From positions 1 through 28,491 of IMG/VR virus record IMGVR_UViG_3300048855_000202: 28,491 nt of DNA, one strand, 5' to 3'. The position numbers and the translations under genes were made by a program. This DNA is from a virus (Duplodnaviria; Caudoviricetes). This document shows, piece by piece, positions 1 to 8,915 of this stretch (position 1 is the first letter of the stretch; each line of letters begins with the position of its first letter). The notes below the pieces were generated by a model. The model ran no database searches. It saw nothing but the letters and a program-made list of their open reading frames with translations, and had not been told where the DNA came from.

Positions 1-1455
1 GAATTGGACCTCCAGCGCCTGCATGGCGCCAAGATGCGTCGTGGTGTCTATCGCCGCGAGCTGCAGCCTGGCATTCAGGTTCTGGATGCGCTGCTGCGCG
101 GCTGCCGCCGCCTGCGCCTCCGCGGCCTCGCGCTGCTGGAGCTCCTGCTCTTCCTGCTGGCGGCGCTGTGAGTTGCCGCCGAAAAGGCCGCCGATCGCAC
201 CAATGACACCGCCGAGCACCGCGCCGGCCGGGCCGAACGACGCGCCGGCCATCGCGCCGCCGAGCGCGCCGGTGCCGGCATTACCTGACTGGTAGCCTGC
301 CATGCCGGCGCTGGCGATTCCCAGCGCGCCGGCGCCGGACATCAGGCTCTGCGTACCGAACACGCTACCGCCCTGCAGCAGCCGCGACAGGTTCGCCGAC
401 GCCAGCTTCGCGACCAGGTTGGTGGCGGCGGCCGTCATCGACTTCAGCCCGCTCTCGCCGCGCAGGAACGACGACAGCATATCGTTGCCGAAGCCGACGG
501 TGATCTCCTTGGCCTCGCGCAGCTGGTTGTTGAGGCGCATCTGGGCGGCCTCAGCCGAATTGATGGCCTCAGTGACGTCAGGATAGATGCTGCGCAACTG
601 CTGCGCGATCTGGGCGTTCTCCGGAGTCAGACCGATCGTAGCGGCGTCGAATTTGATCTGGTCGTTGATCTGGGTCTTGGCCGCAAGCTGTACGCGCTCG
701 GCGTATTTCTTGTTGATCGCCTCTAGGCGACCCAGCTCGGCGTCCTGAGCCGGGCCCCATTGCTGGTGGGTCTGCAAAAGCTGCTGATCGAGCGCCTGCC
801 GAGCCTGGAGATTCGCGCGCATTTCTGCTTGCTTGCCGATTGACTGGCCGATCATCTTGATTTCGAGTTCGGAGCTATCGACGGCCTGCTGAGCGGACAA
901 AGCGCGGGCGCGGGCCTGCTCACTAAGCGCAACGGTCGACTGCTTCAACGATAGGTTATAGGCGTCCTGCGCGATCTTGGCAGCGTTGGGATCCTGACTA
1001 GAATTCAGCTGTGCTTGGCGCTTCGCAATGTCGGCCTTTGCCGACGCCGAGAATGCCGTCACCGCGTCCATTGCGATGGCGTTGCCGGCCTGCAAGCGCT
1101 GGAAGTCGGTCATAAAGCCGCTGACGTTCGCCTTCGACTTTTCTAGCGCCTTGCTGAACAGCTCCAATGCATCCGTGAGGATTTTCAGCCGTGCGCCGGT
1201 CGCTTCGTCCGGGACAAGATTTGCGATCTCCCGACGCGTGTCCTCGATCGCGCCCTGAAGTGCGATGGTTTGGTTTTTGAACCCTTCAAGCTGGGCAACT
1301 TCGGGCAAAACAGACCGCATGGCGGCGTCTTGAGCGAACGAACGCTGCCTATCTTGAGCGGCCTGCGTCGCGTCAGCGTTCCGCTTCGTAGACGCGGTCA
1401 ACTGGTCAATCTTAGCGATCAAACTATCAATTCGCGCGTCGTCCCGAGGCTCTGG
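1..1455 (-). CDS. Tail tape measure protein, C-terminal continuation (frameshifted; runs off the left edge)
   Basis: Frame read by hand is open from 1455 (TAA at 1456-1458) to position 1: DDARIDSLIAKIDQLTAS...GALGGAMAGASFGPAGAVLGGVIGAIGGLFG. It is Ala/Gln-rich and helical, and is missing from the ORF track because there is no stop in the window. Confidence 0.88.
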
Positions 1456-3329
1456 TTAACGGCCGGAGACCGAACAGCAGCGATTTTCTGAAGTTCCTCA
1501 AGCCGCGCGCGCGCATCCTTTAGCTGGTCGTCCAGGCCCTTCGTCAAGCCTATGCCCGTGGCGCGGGATGCCAGGTTGCCCATCTTATCCCACGCGTTTG
1601 ATGCGGCGTTCCCAATTGCAGTCCAGAATTTGGTGGAGGTAGAAACCGCTTCGGATACGCCGGTCAGGCCAGACACGACGCCAGCCTGAAGCGTTTTTTG
1701 CGCTTCCTGCAGTCGCCCTTGAGCCACCAGGTTCGCAATGTTCCGTTGCATAGCTGCGTCAAGGAAGCCGAGACGCTCATTGAGCTGCTCCGCGCCAGAA
1801 ACTGGATCAGCGAACGCCTTTCCAAGCAATTGAGCGGCACCGGCGGCATCAATCCCATACACCGTCGCGATATCGTGCCCGATCTTGACGATCGGCTCCA
1901 GATTATCCTTTCCGATTTTGCCGACCGAAGCCAATTCGGCGGCAAACGCGCGTGCCTCCGCCGTGGAAAGTCCGGTAGTAGACGATGACGATTGAGCAAC
2001 CGCATTGATGCTGCTGACGCTCTGGCCCGATGCTCGGCCAGCACCGAGCAGAGACATCTGCACTTTTTGCTGGCTGTCCAGATAGGAACTGAGCGCCAGC
2101 CCGGCAACGCCGATGGCTGCAGCAAGCCCCCCGAACGCAAGCCGGCCGGCCGTGGCTACCGAACCGAGAAAGCCGGTGATTGACTTCAACGCGCCGCCGA
2201 CCCCGCCATTGGCTCCAGACAACACTTGATAGACCTGACCGCCCTGCGTTGCGACAACTTGAAACACGCTGGAGCCGCTGGCCAACATTGTAACGGCGTC
2301 ATTGACCTGAAAGCCGAGATTTTGCCATTCGTGAACGTTCAAGCCGACGGCGGTGCCAAGTTTCGTGGCGGACCCAGCGGCAATCGTCTGCGCGTCGTGA
2401 ACACCCCGAAGGGAGTTCACCTGCTGGACGAACGCGACCTTCGTATTCATAACCGCAGCAGCGCGTTCGGCCTCGCTAATTGCACCGACCCGGGCGGCTT
2501 CGTTGATCTCGGTCAAACTGTCTTTGTAGGATCGACTGGCAGCATAAAGCCGACTGTATTTCGCGCGCAGATCATCGAGCTGCTTCCCGTAGGCCGCGAT
2601 ATCGGCGCCCCGGTTGGGCACGATGGTCTGCTGATTGACTGCGGACTGAGCGACTGCCTTCTGAACCTGCGCTATACGCTCCATAGCGGCCACCTGGCCA
2701 TTATAGGCGGCCGTTTCTTTCAGGCGCGCTGCCGTCGCAGCCTCGGAAGATATAGCCCCGACTCGTAGAGCGTCGTTGATCTCTGCGAGTGTCGATCGAT
2801 AGCGCTGCGTTGCGGCGAACATCGGGTCGAATTTTGCCTGCAAGCGATCAAGCGCCTGCCCATACGCTTCGACGTCGGCCGCCCGCGCCGCGCTATCGGA
2901 TCCCCCGCTGACGCCGGTCATGGCGTTAACGCGCGCTTGGACAGCCGCGGCGCGCTCCAGCGCAGCTGTCTGCCGAGCTGCGGCCAGCGATACAACCCCG
3001 AATTTCTCCGCGACCATCTCCAAGCCGCGTGAGTAAGCTGCGGCGCCGATCTGCCCCTGCTGAAGGGCGCGTTCAAGCACCGCCTGCCCGCTCGCGTACC
3101 GCTGTTCTGCCCGGTACGTTTCGTCGATCGACCGGAGCAGCCGGTCATATGCACTGGCCGCAGACAGCTGCCGCCGCGCGCTGGTTTCGGTCTTGGTCGC
3201 CATCCCCTCGGCCGTCGTGCCGACCGTCGTTTGGGCGCGCGAAAGCGCCTCCAGCTTGGTCTTGGTTTCATCCAAGCCCGAGCTGGTTCCGACGACTTCG
3301 ACCCGACGTATGACGTTCAAAGCGACCAT
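1419..3329 (-). CDS. Tail tape measure protein, N-terminal part (lambda-type)
   Basis: Ala-rich; motif NLGFQVNDAVTMLASGSSVFQVVATQGGQV typical of lambda-like tape measures; internal repeats; follows the tail chaperones. Confidence 0.92.
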   Translation of the reverse strand: MVALNVIRRVEVVGTSSGLDETKTKLEALSRAQTTVGTTAEGMATKTETSARRQLSAASAYDRLLRSIDETYRAEQRYASGQAVLERALQQGQIGAAAYSRGLEMVAEKFGVVSLAAARQTAALERAAAVQARVNAMTGVSGGSDSAARAADVEAYGQALDRLQAKFDPMFAATQRYRSTLAEINDALRVGAISSEAATAARLKETAAYNGQVAAMERIAQVQKAVAQSAVNQQTIVPNRGADIAAYGKQLDDLRAKYSRLYAASRSYKDSLTEINEAARVGAISEAERAAAVMNTKVAFVQQVNSLRGVHDAQTIAAGSATKLGTAVGLNVHEWQNLGFQVNDAVTMLASGSSVFQVVATQGGQVYQVLSGANGGVGGALKSITGFLGSVATAGRLAFGGLAAAIGVAGLALSSYLDSQQKVQMSLLGAGRASGQSVSSINAVAQSSSSTTGLSTAEARAFAAELASVGKIGKDNLEPIVKIGHDIATVYGIDAAGAAQLLGKAFADPVSGAEQLNERLGFLDAAMQRNIANLVAQGRLQEAQKTLQAGVVSGLTGVSEAVSTSTKFWTAIGNAASNAWDKMGNLASRATGIGLTKGLDDQLKDARARLEELQKIAAVRSPAVNQSLGTTRELIV

Positions 3330-3395
3330 GGACTACCTTCCGGCAAGCCGGCGCGGGATGACTAGGTTCAAAGAAGTAGCGAAAGACCGGCACTA

Positions 3396-3764
3396 TCAAA
3401 CGGGCCGGTTCCTTTTTTGCGTTTCGCTATCGCGATCGGTCTGGTCCGATCGGATGCTCAGATATTCGCGGTCGATCGCGTGAATAAACGACCTGAATTC
3501 GTCAAAGGAATCGAGGTCATCCATCCCGTAGCGTTGAGCGAAGCGATCAATAGAGGCGAAGGGGATGGCGCCTTCCCCCATCCCGATTGCTCGGTCGGAC
3601 GAGAGCGCCCAGAACGCGTCTAGGACATACTCAAGGCAGGGATTAAGCTCCGGGCGCTCCAAATAGCCTTCTGGGACTTTGCGCCCCTCAGCTATCCACC
3701 CCTCCAGGATCTCAACCTCAGTCCCCCAGCTTAGGTACCAGCGGAGGTAGTCCCGGAGTTTCCC
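3396..3764 (-). CDS. Tail assembly chaperone gpT-like portion, expressed as a G-T fusion by -1 frameshift
   Basis: The -1 frame is open from the slippery site (KLRDYLRWYLSWG...) into the 3396..3662 ORF (AFWALSSDRAIGMGEGAIPFASIDRFA). Confidence 0.85.
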   Translation of the reverse strand, partial: GKLRDYLRWYLSWGTEVEILEGWIAEGRKVPEGYLERPELNPCLEYVLDAFWALSSDRAIGMGEGAIPFASIDRFAQRYGMDDLDSFDEFRSFIHAIDREYLSIRSDQTDRDSETQKRNRPV

Positions 3765-4156
3765 ACCTCGGCTTCCTTCGCCGCGGCCTCCTGCCGACCA
3801 ACACGGTTCGCGGCCCAGCTGATGGCCTCGCGGAAGGTGATGAGGTCCGGGTCATTGAGCAGCTCCGCTGCTTTCTCCGGCGTGTAGGGGATGCCTTCGA
3901 GGTTGCGCCATTCGAGAAGCAGGACGTCGGCGCAGATCGTCGATTCCATACGATCGAGAACTTCGATGGGCAGACCGTTGGGATCATTGCGCACCTTCGC
4001 CGGCAGCGCGCGGAGCATTTTGTTGCGCATGACGCGCGCCGACACGCAGGACTGGCCGCGGACGCGCAGCTCGAGGTCTTCCATCTCGGGGATGTTTCGC
4101 ACCCACTCACCCTCTTCCGAGCGAGCGTGGTCGATTTTCATGTTGGATAGCTTCAT
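3731..4156 (-). CDS. Tail assembly chaperone (gpG-like)
   Basis: 141 aa, between tail tube and tape measure; LLEWRNLEG..YTPE motif; ends at a slippery heptamer. Confidence 0.85.
   Translation of the reverse strand: MKLSNMKIDHARSEEGEWVRNIPEMEDLELRVRGQSCVSARVMRNKMLRALPAKVRNDPNGLPIEVLDRMESTICADVLLLEWRNLEGIPYTPEKAAELLNDPDLITFREAISWAANRVGRQEAAAKEAEVGNSGTTSAGT
3758..3764 (-). promoter_or_regulatory. Programmed -1 ribosomal frameshift heptamer G GGA AAC
   Basis: X XXY YYZ heptamer in frame near the chaperone 3' end; the -1 frame joins the downstream ORF, as in lambda G-T. Confidence 0.85.
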
Positions 4157-4473
4157 TTTGCACCTGTCGGGGTTGTTCGGTTGACGCGCGGGGCGCCGTC
4201 TTCGAGGAATTCAATGCGCCACCCGTCCTTGAACTGGATGGAAGCAATCGGCTGGAGGTCTTTGGAGATCGGATGGGAAGCTAAGAATTCAGTTTTCCCC
4301 ACCGCGAGATCGAGCTCCACTAGGGCCAGTTCACATCGCGCGGTGACGATCTCGCCAATAGTCACCGTCGCGCCGTAGGAGATCGGAACGACCTTTGAGA
4401 TGTCCTCGCCGGTTTCCGTGTCGATGAACTTGGTGCCATGACCAAGCCCGCCTTCGGATACGATCCGCAGCAT
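4153..4473 (-). CDS. Hypothetical protein inserted between tail tube and chaperone
   Basis: 106-aa ORF with AGGTG RBS; ATGA overlap with the chaperone start; flanked by an 18-bp direct repeat. Confidence 0.75.
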   Translation of the reverse strand: MLRIVSEGGLGHGTKFIDTETGEDISKVVPISYGATVTIGEIVTARCELALVELDLAVGKTEFLASHPISKDLQPIASIQFKDGWRIEFLEDGAPRVNRTTPTGAK

Positions 4474-4481
4474 TTTTCACC

Positions 4482-4541
4482 TGTCGGGTTTGTCGGGATT
4501 TGTCGGGGGTGGGCGGCGATGCCCCGACGACACCGCCGCCC
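4482..4541 (-). repeat. 11-bp hairpin plus three tandem CCCGACA repeats
   Basis: TGTCGGG (+) at 4482, 4491 and 4501; stem 4511-4521/4531-4541 with a loop complementary to the repeats. Confidence 0.85.
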
Positions 4542-4558
4542 TCACTCGCGAGTGATTG

Positions 4559-5041
4559 TTACGAGCCGGCCGTCGGGGCCACCTCGGTGATGCCGGAAGT
4601 CACAGCGCAGCCGAAGGTACGGGTGACCAGCGCGTCATTGTCGCCGCCACTGCCCTTCTTCGACGTGATGAGTGCCATGAAATAATCGATGCCATCCGTG
4701 CCGGTCGCGTTGAGGCGATCGGGGTTGATGATTTTGATCGGGTAATAGAGGTTCGTCGCTTCGGCGGCGACGAGAGCGGCCTGACCGACGTCGACCGGAT
4801 CGGGGTAAACCACGATCTCGGTATCACCCGCATCTCGCGAGGCTTTGGCCTTGCGCATGCGACCGTCGCCCACAACCGCGCCGGTTACGACGGACGCGCT
4901 GTCGCCGTAGGACGGCGTGGTTCGCACCATGCCGATCTCGGTCCAGGTCAACCCGGCATATGCCGTAGCGTCCGCCGGCGTCGTTGCCTGGGAGGGGCCG
5001 ATGAAGATTTTGGTACCGCTTGCAGTGCGAATATTAGCCAT
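4559..5041 (-). CDS. Major tail tube protein
   Basis: 160 aa; TASGTKIFIG...LTWTEIG...YGD...RKAKASRDAG pattern typical of siphovirus tube proteins; position. Confidence 0.85.
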   Translation of the reverse strand: MANIRTASGTKIFIGPSQATTPADATAYAGLTWTEIGMVRTTPSYGDSASVVTGAVVGDGRMRKAKASRDAGDTEIVVYPDPVDVGQAALVAAEATNLYYPIKIINPDRLNATGTDGIDYFMALITSKKGSGGDNDALVTRTFGCAVTSGITEVAPTAGS

Positions 5042-5112
5042 CGTAGGGCTCCATTTTTGTCAACGCCTTGCCCAAGGGCGCATGATGGGCGACGACGCGA
5101 GTGACCGCGCCG

Positions 5113-5319
5113 TTATTCCTTGGCGGTCGCCACGTGCCCGCGCGTTTCGACGTCGACCATGCCGGAGGCCAGACGGCCGCGGTACGTCGCGTTATCGATC
5201 GCATTGATGTTTCGGGTTTCGCCCGGCGCGAGACTTTCGGTCGGCGGAACCCCGTCCTTCGCGTCTCCCTTGACGATGAAGTCGATGGTTTCGCGCGTGC
5301 GGTTTGTCAGACGTGGCAT
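5113..5319 (-). CDS. Small phage hypothetical protein
   Basis: 68 aa with GGAG RBS, in operon orientation. Confidence 0.7.
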   Translation of the reverse strand: MPRLTNRTRETIDFIVKGDAKDGVPPTESLAPGETRNINAIDNATYRGRLASGMVDVETRGHVATAKE

Positions 5320-5331
5320 GGGATGCTCCGA

Positions 5332-5733
5332 TCAGGTTGAGAAATTGAAGGTGTATGGCACGACGATCGAGACCTGAAAGTAATTGCCGTCCTCGTTGTC
5401 GTCGTCGATGAAGGGCGAGCTCGGCACCTGGCACACGACACCGCCGAATGAGACGTCTCGAAACAAGGTGGCCAGCGCCTCACACCGCTCCGTTGTTTTA
5501 GCGAGCCCGAATCCTCGAGCTTCGTTCAGGACAAGGCGGAAGCCGCCCTCTTCCCTGTAAACTCGCGAATTCACGGTCGCTCGACGCGTGTCCGACGTCG
5601 GGTACTGAACCATCAAGAAGGGCGTGCCATCGGAGGGCGGCTCCCCCTCTGCGTTCGACCCGAACACTGGAAGACCGTCCCAAGACGAGCCGAGGCGCGC
5701 CTCAACGGCGTCGATTACTTGCTTTTTTGCCAT
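5332..5733 (-). CDS. Tail terminator-like protein
   Basis: 133 aa; position before the tube gene; YREEGGF...G.G...LATLFR...VVPY pattern. Confidence 0.7.
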   Translation of the reverse strand: MAKKQVIDAVEARLGSSWDGLPVFGSNAEGEPPSDGTPFLMVQYPTSDTRRATVNSRVYREEGGFRLVLNEARGFGLAKTTERCEALATLFRDVSFGGVVCQVPSSPFIDDDNEDGNYFQVSIVVPYTFNFST

Positions 5734-5737
5734 GGCT

Positions 5738-6400
5738 TCAGATCGTCACGATAATGGCGGGCTGACGTCGCAACCATTCTGCCCGCGCTTCGGATTTCAT
5801 GCGCCGGCCGCGGCGCTGCATGTTCGTTTTGCCCGCCCAATCGTGAATTGCGCCAAACTGAGGGACGACAAATGAAAATCTGATCCTGGCAACATTCCCG
5901 AACCGACGACTGGCGAGGACCGAGACCACTTCATAGACGCCCGACCTGGCTTGCGCAGAAAGGCCGCGCTCAATCTTGCGAGCGTAAGGCTGCGTGTTGA
6001 CGAAGATGTATTCCCTTGCTTCAGGGACCGTGGCGCCGAACTGCACCTCGACGTTGTCAGCGAATAGAACGTGCGATTTCGAATAGCGTCCGGTGCGTTC
6101 GGGCGAATGCTGGATCAGCATTAGCTCGATCCATTCGATAACGTCCTCGACCAGAGCGAATTCGAAAACGATGACGCCGCTCGGCTTGACGCTGTCAGCA
6201 GAAGCGCCACGGCGCCCGTCCACAAACGTCTCGTGCCTCGGCAGTCGCCCGAGCGCCCGGCTATTTATGTCCTGCGCCTCCGTTAATTGCTGGCGCGCAT
6301 ACGACGCCAAGACTGCGCTCTGAGCCTGCGGCGATAGATCCTCGGCGATCATCAGCGAGATGTCGCGGTCGATCGGCTGCACCCGGGTGCGAACGGCCAT
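5738..6400 (-). CDS. Neck/tail completion protein (HK97 gp10-like position)
   Basis: SPERTGRY...SH and NTQPYARKIERGLS motifs; position. Confidence 0.7.
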   Translation of the reverse strand: MAVRTRVQPIDRDISLMIAEDLSPQAQSAVLASYARQQLTEAQDINSRALGRLPRHETFVDGRRGASADSVKPSGVIVFEFALVEDVIEWIELMLIQHSPERTGRYSKSHVLFADNVEVQFGATVPEAREYIFVNTQPYARKIERGLSAQARSGVYEVVSVLASRRFGNVARIRFSFVVPQFGAIHDWAGKTNMQRRGRRMKSEARAEWLRRQPAIIVTI

Positions 6401-6760
6401 CTAGCTGCCTGTCGCCGTGATGTCGTAGGCGATCAGCACGCCGCCTATGCGTCGGGTGCTGTCATCGACGATGCCGATGTTCAGCACCTTGTCGCGGACG
6501 ATGGCCTTGTAGGTTCCGTTGGTCAGGAACGGCACCGGAAATCCCGTCGTTTCGACATCCTCGGCTAGCACGATCAGGTGCCGATCGCCTTGCTTGATAC
6601 CCCCGACCAGCTCTTCCGGCTTGTAGCCGACGACCCGAGCCATGACCTGCGCTTCCGTCGGCGCGGCCGGCGCCGCGTTGATGCGTCGCAGCGTGATTGT
6701 CTCGCCTACATCGGCGAGCACTTCCCGGTAGTCCCGGCGGGCCTGGGCGGCGGTGCTCAT
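6401..6760 (-). CDS. Head closure / head-tail joining protein
   Basis: Likely start is MSTAAQ at 6760 (ATGA overlap with the upstream stop); GETITLRR, ELVGGIKQGDR motifs. Confidence 0.75.
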   Translation of the reverse strand: MSTAAQARRDYREVLADVGETITLRRINAAPAAPTEAQVMARVVGYKPEELVGGIKQGDRHLIVLAEDVETTGFPVPFLTNGTYKAIVRDKVLNIGIVDDSTRRIGGVLIAYDITATGS

Positions 6761-7290
6761 ACGCGGGGCACCCGGAATTGAGCGACCAAGCTGTCGGCGG
6801 CCTTCTGCATTGATGCAGCGGCGCCGTCTGGCAGGCTGTAGTCCCAACGGCCGACGCCGTCGACGGTCTTGCTCTTCAGAACGCCCTCGTCAGCCGGTAC
6901 CGCATCGCGTAGAACGCCCGCCATCATAATGATGGCGTGCTTTAGCGCGGGCGGCACTGGCTGCGCCGGTGTCGCCCCATACCCTGCGCGCCAACGGAAA
7001 GCTCGCGTCCGACCGTCCACTGACAACGTATCGCTGACGGTGTTGACGTAGTTCGGAAGCGGCAGGCGCGACGTGTCGACCGTGCAATGGGCCGGGACGG
7101 TAATTTCGAGAGTTTGCAGGCCGATTGCACGCCCGAGCGTGCCCTCAGAGCCGTCGATCTGCGACTGCGCGACAGCCAGCAGCGCGTTGATATAGGAATC
7201 CCCGTCCTCGGCCGAGAAGACCTTGGCAGCTTTTGCCTCCGCTGCCGTAACGACAGCGGCTGGCCCCTCGATGACGACGGGGATCTGCAC
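6757..7290 (-). CDS. Head-tail connector (adaptor, HK97 gp6-like)
   Basis: VVTAAEAKA...IDG..GTLGRA...AGYG...VPPALKHAI motifs. Confidence 0.85.
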   Translation of the reverse strand: MQIPVVIEGPAAVVTAAEAKAAKVFSAEDGDSYINALLAVAQSQIDGSEGTLGRAIGLQTLEITVPAHCTVDTSRLPLPNYVNTVSDTLSVDGRTRAFRWRAGYGATPAQPVPPALKHAIIMMAGVLRDAVPADEGVLKSKTVDGVGRWDYSLPDGAAASMQKAADSLVAQFRVPRV

Positions 7291-7293
7291 GGC

Positions 7294-7542
7294 TTAGCCC
7301 TGCTTCTTCAGGTTCTCGACGACGGCTTCTTCTTCCGAGAGGCTCGGATCGTTGAAGTCGATGCGGTTCTGATCGAGCGTGGTGTCTTTGCGCGGGTCAT
7401 TGTCGACCGCAGGGTGGTCGGCGTCGATGCCGGCCGTCTGATGCGGCGCGCCGGACGGCGAGAAGGTGGTCGCGGGAGCGATGTTGGCTTTCTCGCTGCC
7501 CTTGTCGGCGGTCGTTTCGTGGTTCTGCTTGTGAGCGGCCAT
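7294..7542 (-). CDS. Small acidic phage protein after the capsid gene
   Basis: 82 aa with strong AGGAGG RBS. Confidence 0.75.
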   Translation of the reverse strand: MAAHKQNHETTADKGSEKANIAPATTFSPSGAPHQTAGIDADHPAVDNDPRKDTTLDQNRIDFNDPSLSEEEAVVENLKKQG

Positions 7543-7577
7543 GCTGGCCTCCTGTGATTGGAATGAAGAACAAGCAT

Positions 7578-7603
7578 CACCGACGGGTCGAAACCCGCCG
7601 GTG
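7578..7603 (-). terminator. Hairpin after the major capsid gene (attenuator or mRNA stabiliser)
   Basis: CACCGGCGGGT-TTCG-ACCCGTCGGTG followed by a weak T tract (ATGCTTGTTCTT). Confidence 0.55.
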
Positions 7604-7616
7604 TCCGCGGCGAGTT

Positions 7617-8903
7617 TTACGAGGCCGCGATTTTCATAGCGCGCATGGGCTCGGGATTGTAGACGCCGCCGCCGACGCGCTTGACGGTGTAGAAGTGCAC
7701 GAACGGCTTGTTGGTGTAGGGGTCGCGCAGCACCGAGATGCCGATGCGATCGATCACCAGGTAGGTCGCCTCCATGTCACCGTAGAGCGCGGCGATGTTG
7801 CCGGCGCCGACGGCCGGCATGCCAGGCACTTCGACGATCGGCGCGCCGTTCAGCGTCGGCGGTTCGCCGGCGATGTAGGACGGCTGCCAGAGGTAGTTGC
7901 CCTGACCGTCCTTCAGCTTCCGAGCGGCGCCGAGCGACTGGCGATTGATGTACAGCTTGGCATTCGCCGCGAACTCCGACGGTAGGCTGTACATCAGGTC
8001 CAGGAAACCGTCGCCGGTGACCGCCGCGGCGCTCCCGGAAACGACGGTGCCGATGGCGCCCCACGGATGCCGGGCCGCGTTGGCGGCGCCGGTGACGTAG
8101 GTGAGGATGCCATAGGGCTTGTTGGTGCCGTCACCGGACAGGAAGGCGATGCCCTCCTGACGAGCGAACTCGGTGTCGACCTCGGCGGCCAGCCATTCCT
8201 CGAGGTTGATCGCGGCGTCGTCCAGGAGCTGCGCCGAAATCGCCGGGTTTGCATAGAGTTCGCCCGGCGCGAAGTCGAGCGAGCCCAGCGCCGGCGTCGT
8301 GGTGGCCGGACGGGACGCGGTTTCACCGACCCAGCCGGAGCCGATCGCCCGGTCGCTGAAAAGCTTGCGGAAGCCGGCGACCGAAATCGACTGCACCCGC
8401 GCGTTCTGGCGGATCATGGAGATCTGCTTCAGCTTGTTGACGATGGTGCGGTCCCACTCCACCGGAGCCAGATAACCGCCTTCAGCGTCAGAGCTCTTGG
8501 TGAGCGCCGCGTTGAGAGTGCCGGCGCGCATGTGAGCCTTGAACGCCGCCAGGTATTCCGGGGAGGTGGGCGGCAGATCGCCGATGACGCTGCCGCGGTT
8601 CGCGCCGGCGGCGACCTTGGCGTTCAGATCATCAATCGCCTTCTGGAAGGACGACTGGAGATCGCCGACCGCGGTGTTCACCTTGTCGAGTTTCTCGGAC
8701 GTCACAACGTCCGCGAAGCCCTTCTTGACCCCGGCAATTTCCTCGCTGTGGATCTTCTTGAAGTCCTCGAAGGCGGACTTGAGCTGGTCGAGCATGGCCT
8801 TCGGATCAGTCGCGTCGGCGCGTGGCCGGGCGAACTGAACAGCGCGCGGGACGCCAGCGAGAGCGGTAGAGGCCGACAGCGCGGCCGGAGAAAGATGCTT
8901 CAT
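7617..8903 (-). CDS. Major capsid protein, HK97 fold with delta domain
   Basis: EGGYLAP, GWVGE, ISAQLLDD, GDGTNKPYG, KDGQGNYLW, RVGGGV motifs. Confidence 0.97.
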   Translation of the reverse strand: MKHLSPAALSASTALAGVPRAVQFARPRADATDPKAMLDQLKSAFEDFKKIHSEEIAGVKKGFADVVTSEKLDKVNTAVGDLQSSFQKAIDDLNAKVAAGANRGSVIGDLPPTSPEYLAAFKAHMRAGTLNAALTKSSDAEGGYLAPVEWDRTIVNKLKQISMIRQNARVQSISVAGFRKLFSDRAIGSGWVGETASRPATTTPALGSLDFAPGELYANPAISAQLLDDAAINLEEWLAAEVDTEFARQEGIAFLSGDGTNKPYGILTYVTGAANAARHPWGAIGTVVSGSAAAVTGDGFLDLMYSLPSEFAANAKLYINRQSLGAARKLKDGQGNYLWQPSYIAGEPPTLNGAPIVEVPGMPAVGAGNIAALYGDMEATYLVIDRIGISVLRDPYTNKPFVHFYTVKRVGGGVYNPEPMRAMKIAAS

Positions 8904-8915
8904 GGAATTTCCCTC

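Noticed and set aside
1419-1458. Programmed frameshift in the tape measure (also considered for dnaB)
   Set aside because: No X XXY YYZ heptamer in either overlap window; a single-base deletion is simpler
23-1491. Short plus-strand ORFs at the left end
   Set aside because: Explained by the open tape measure frame on the minus strand
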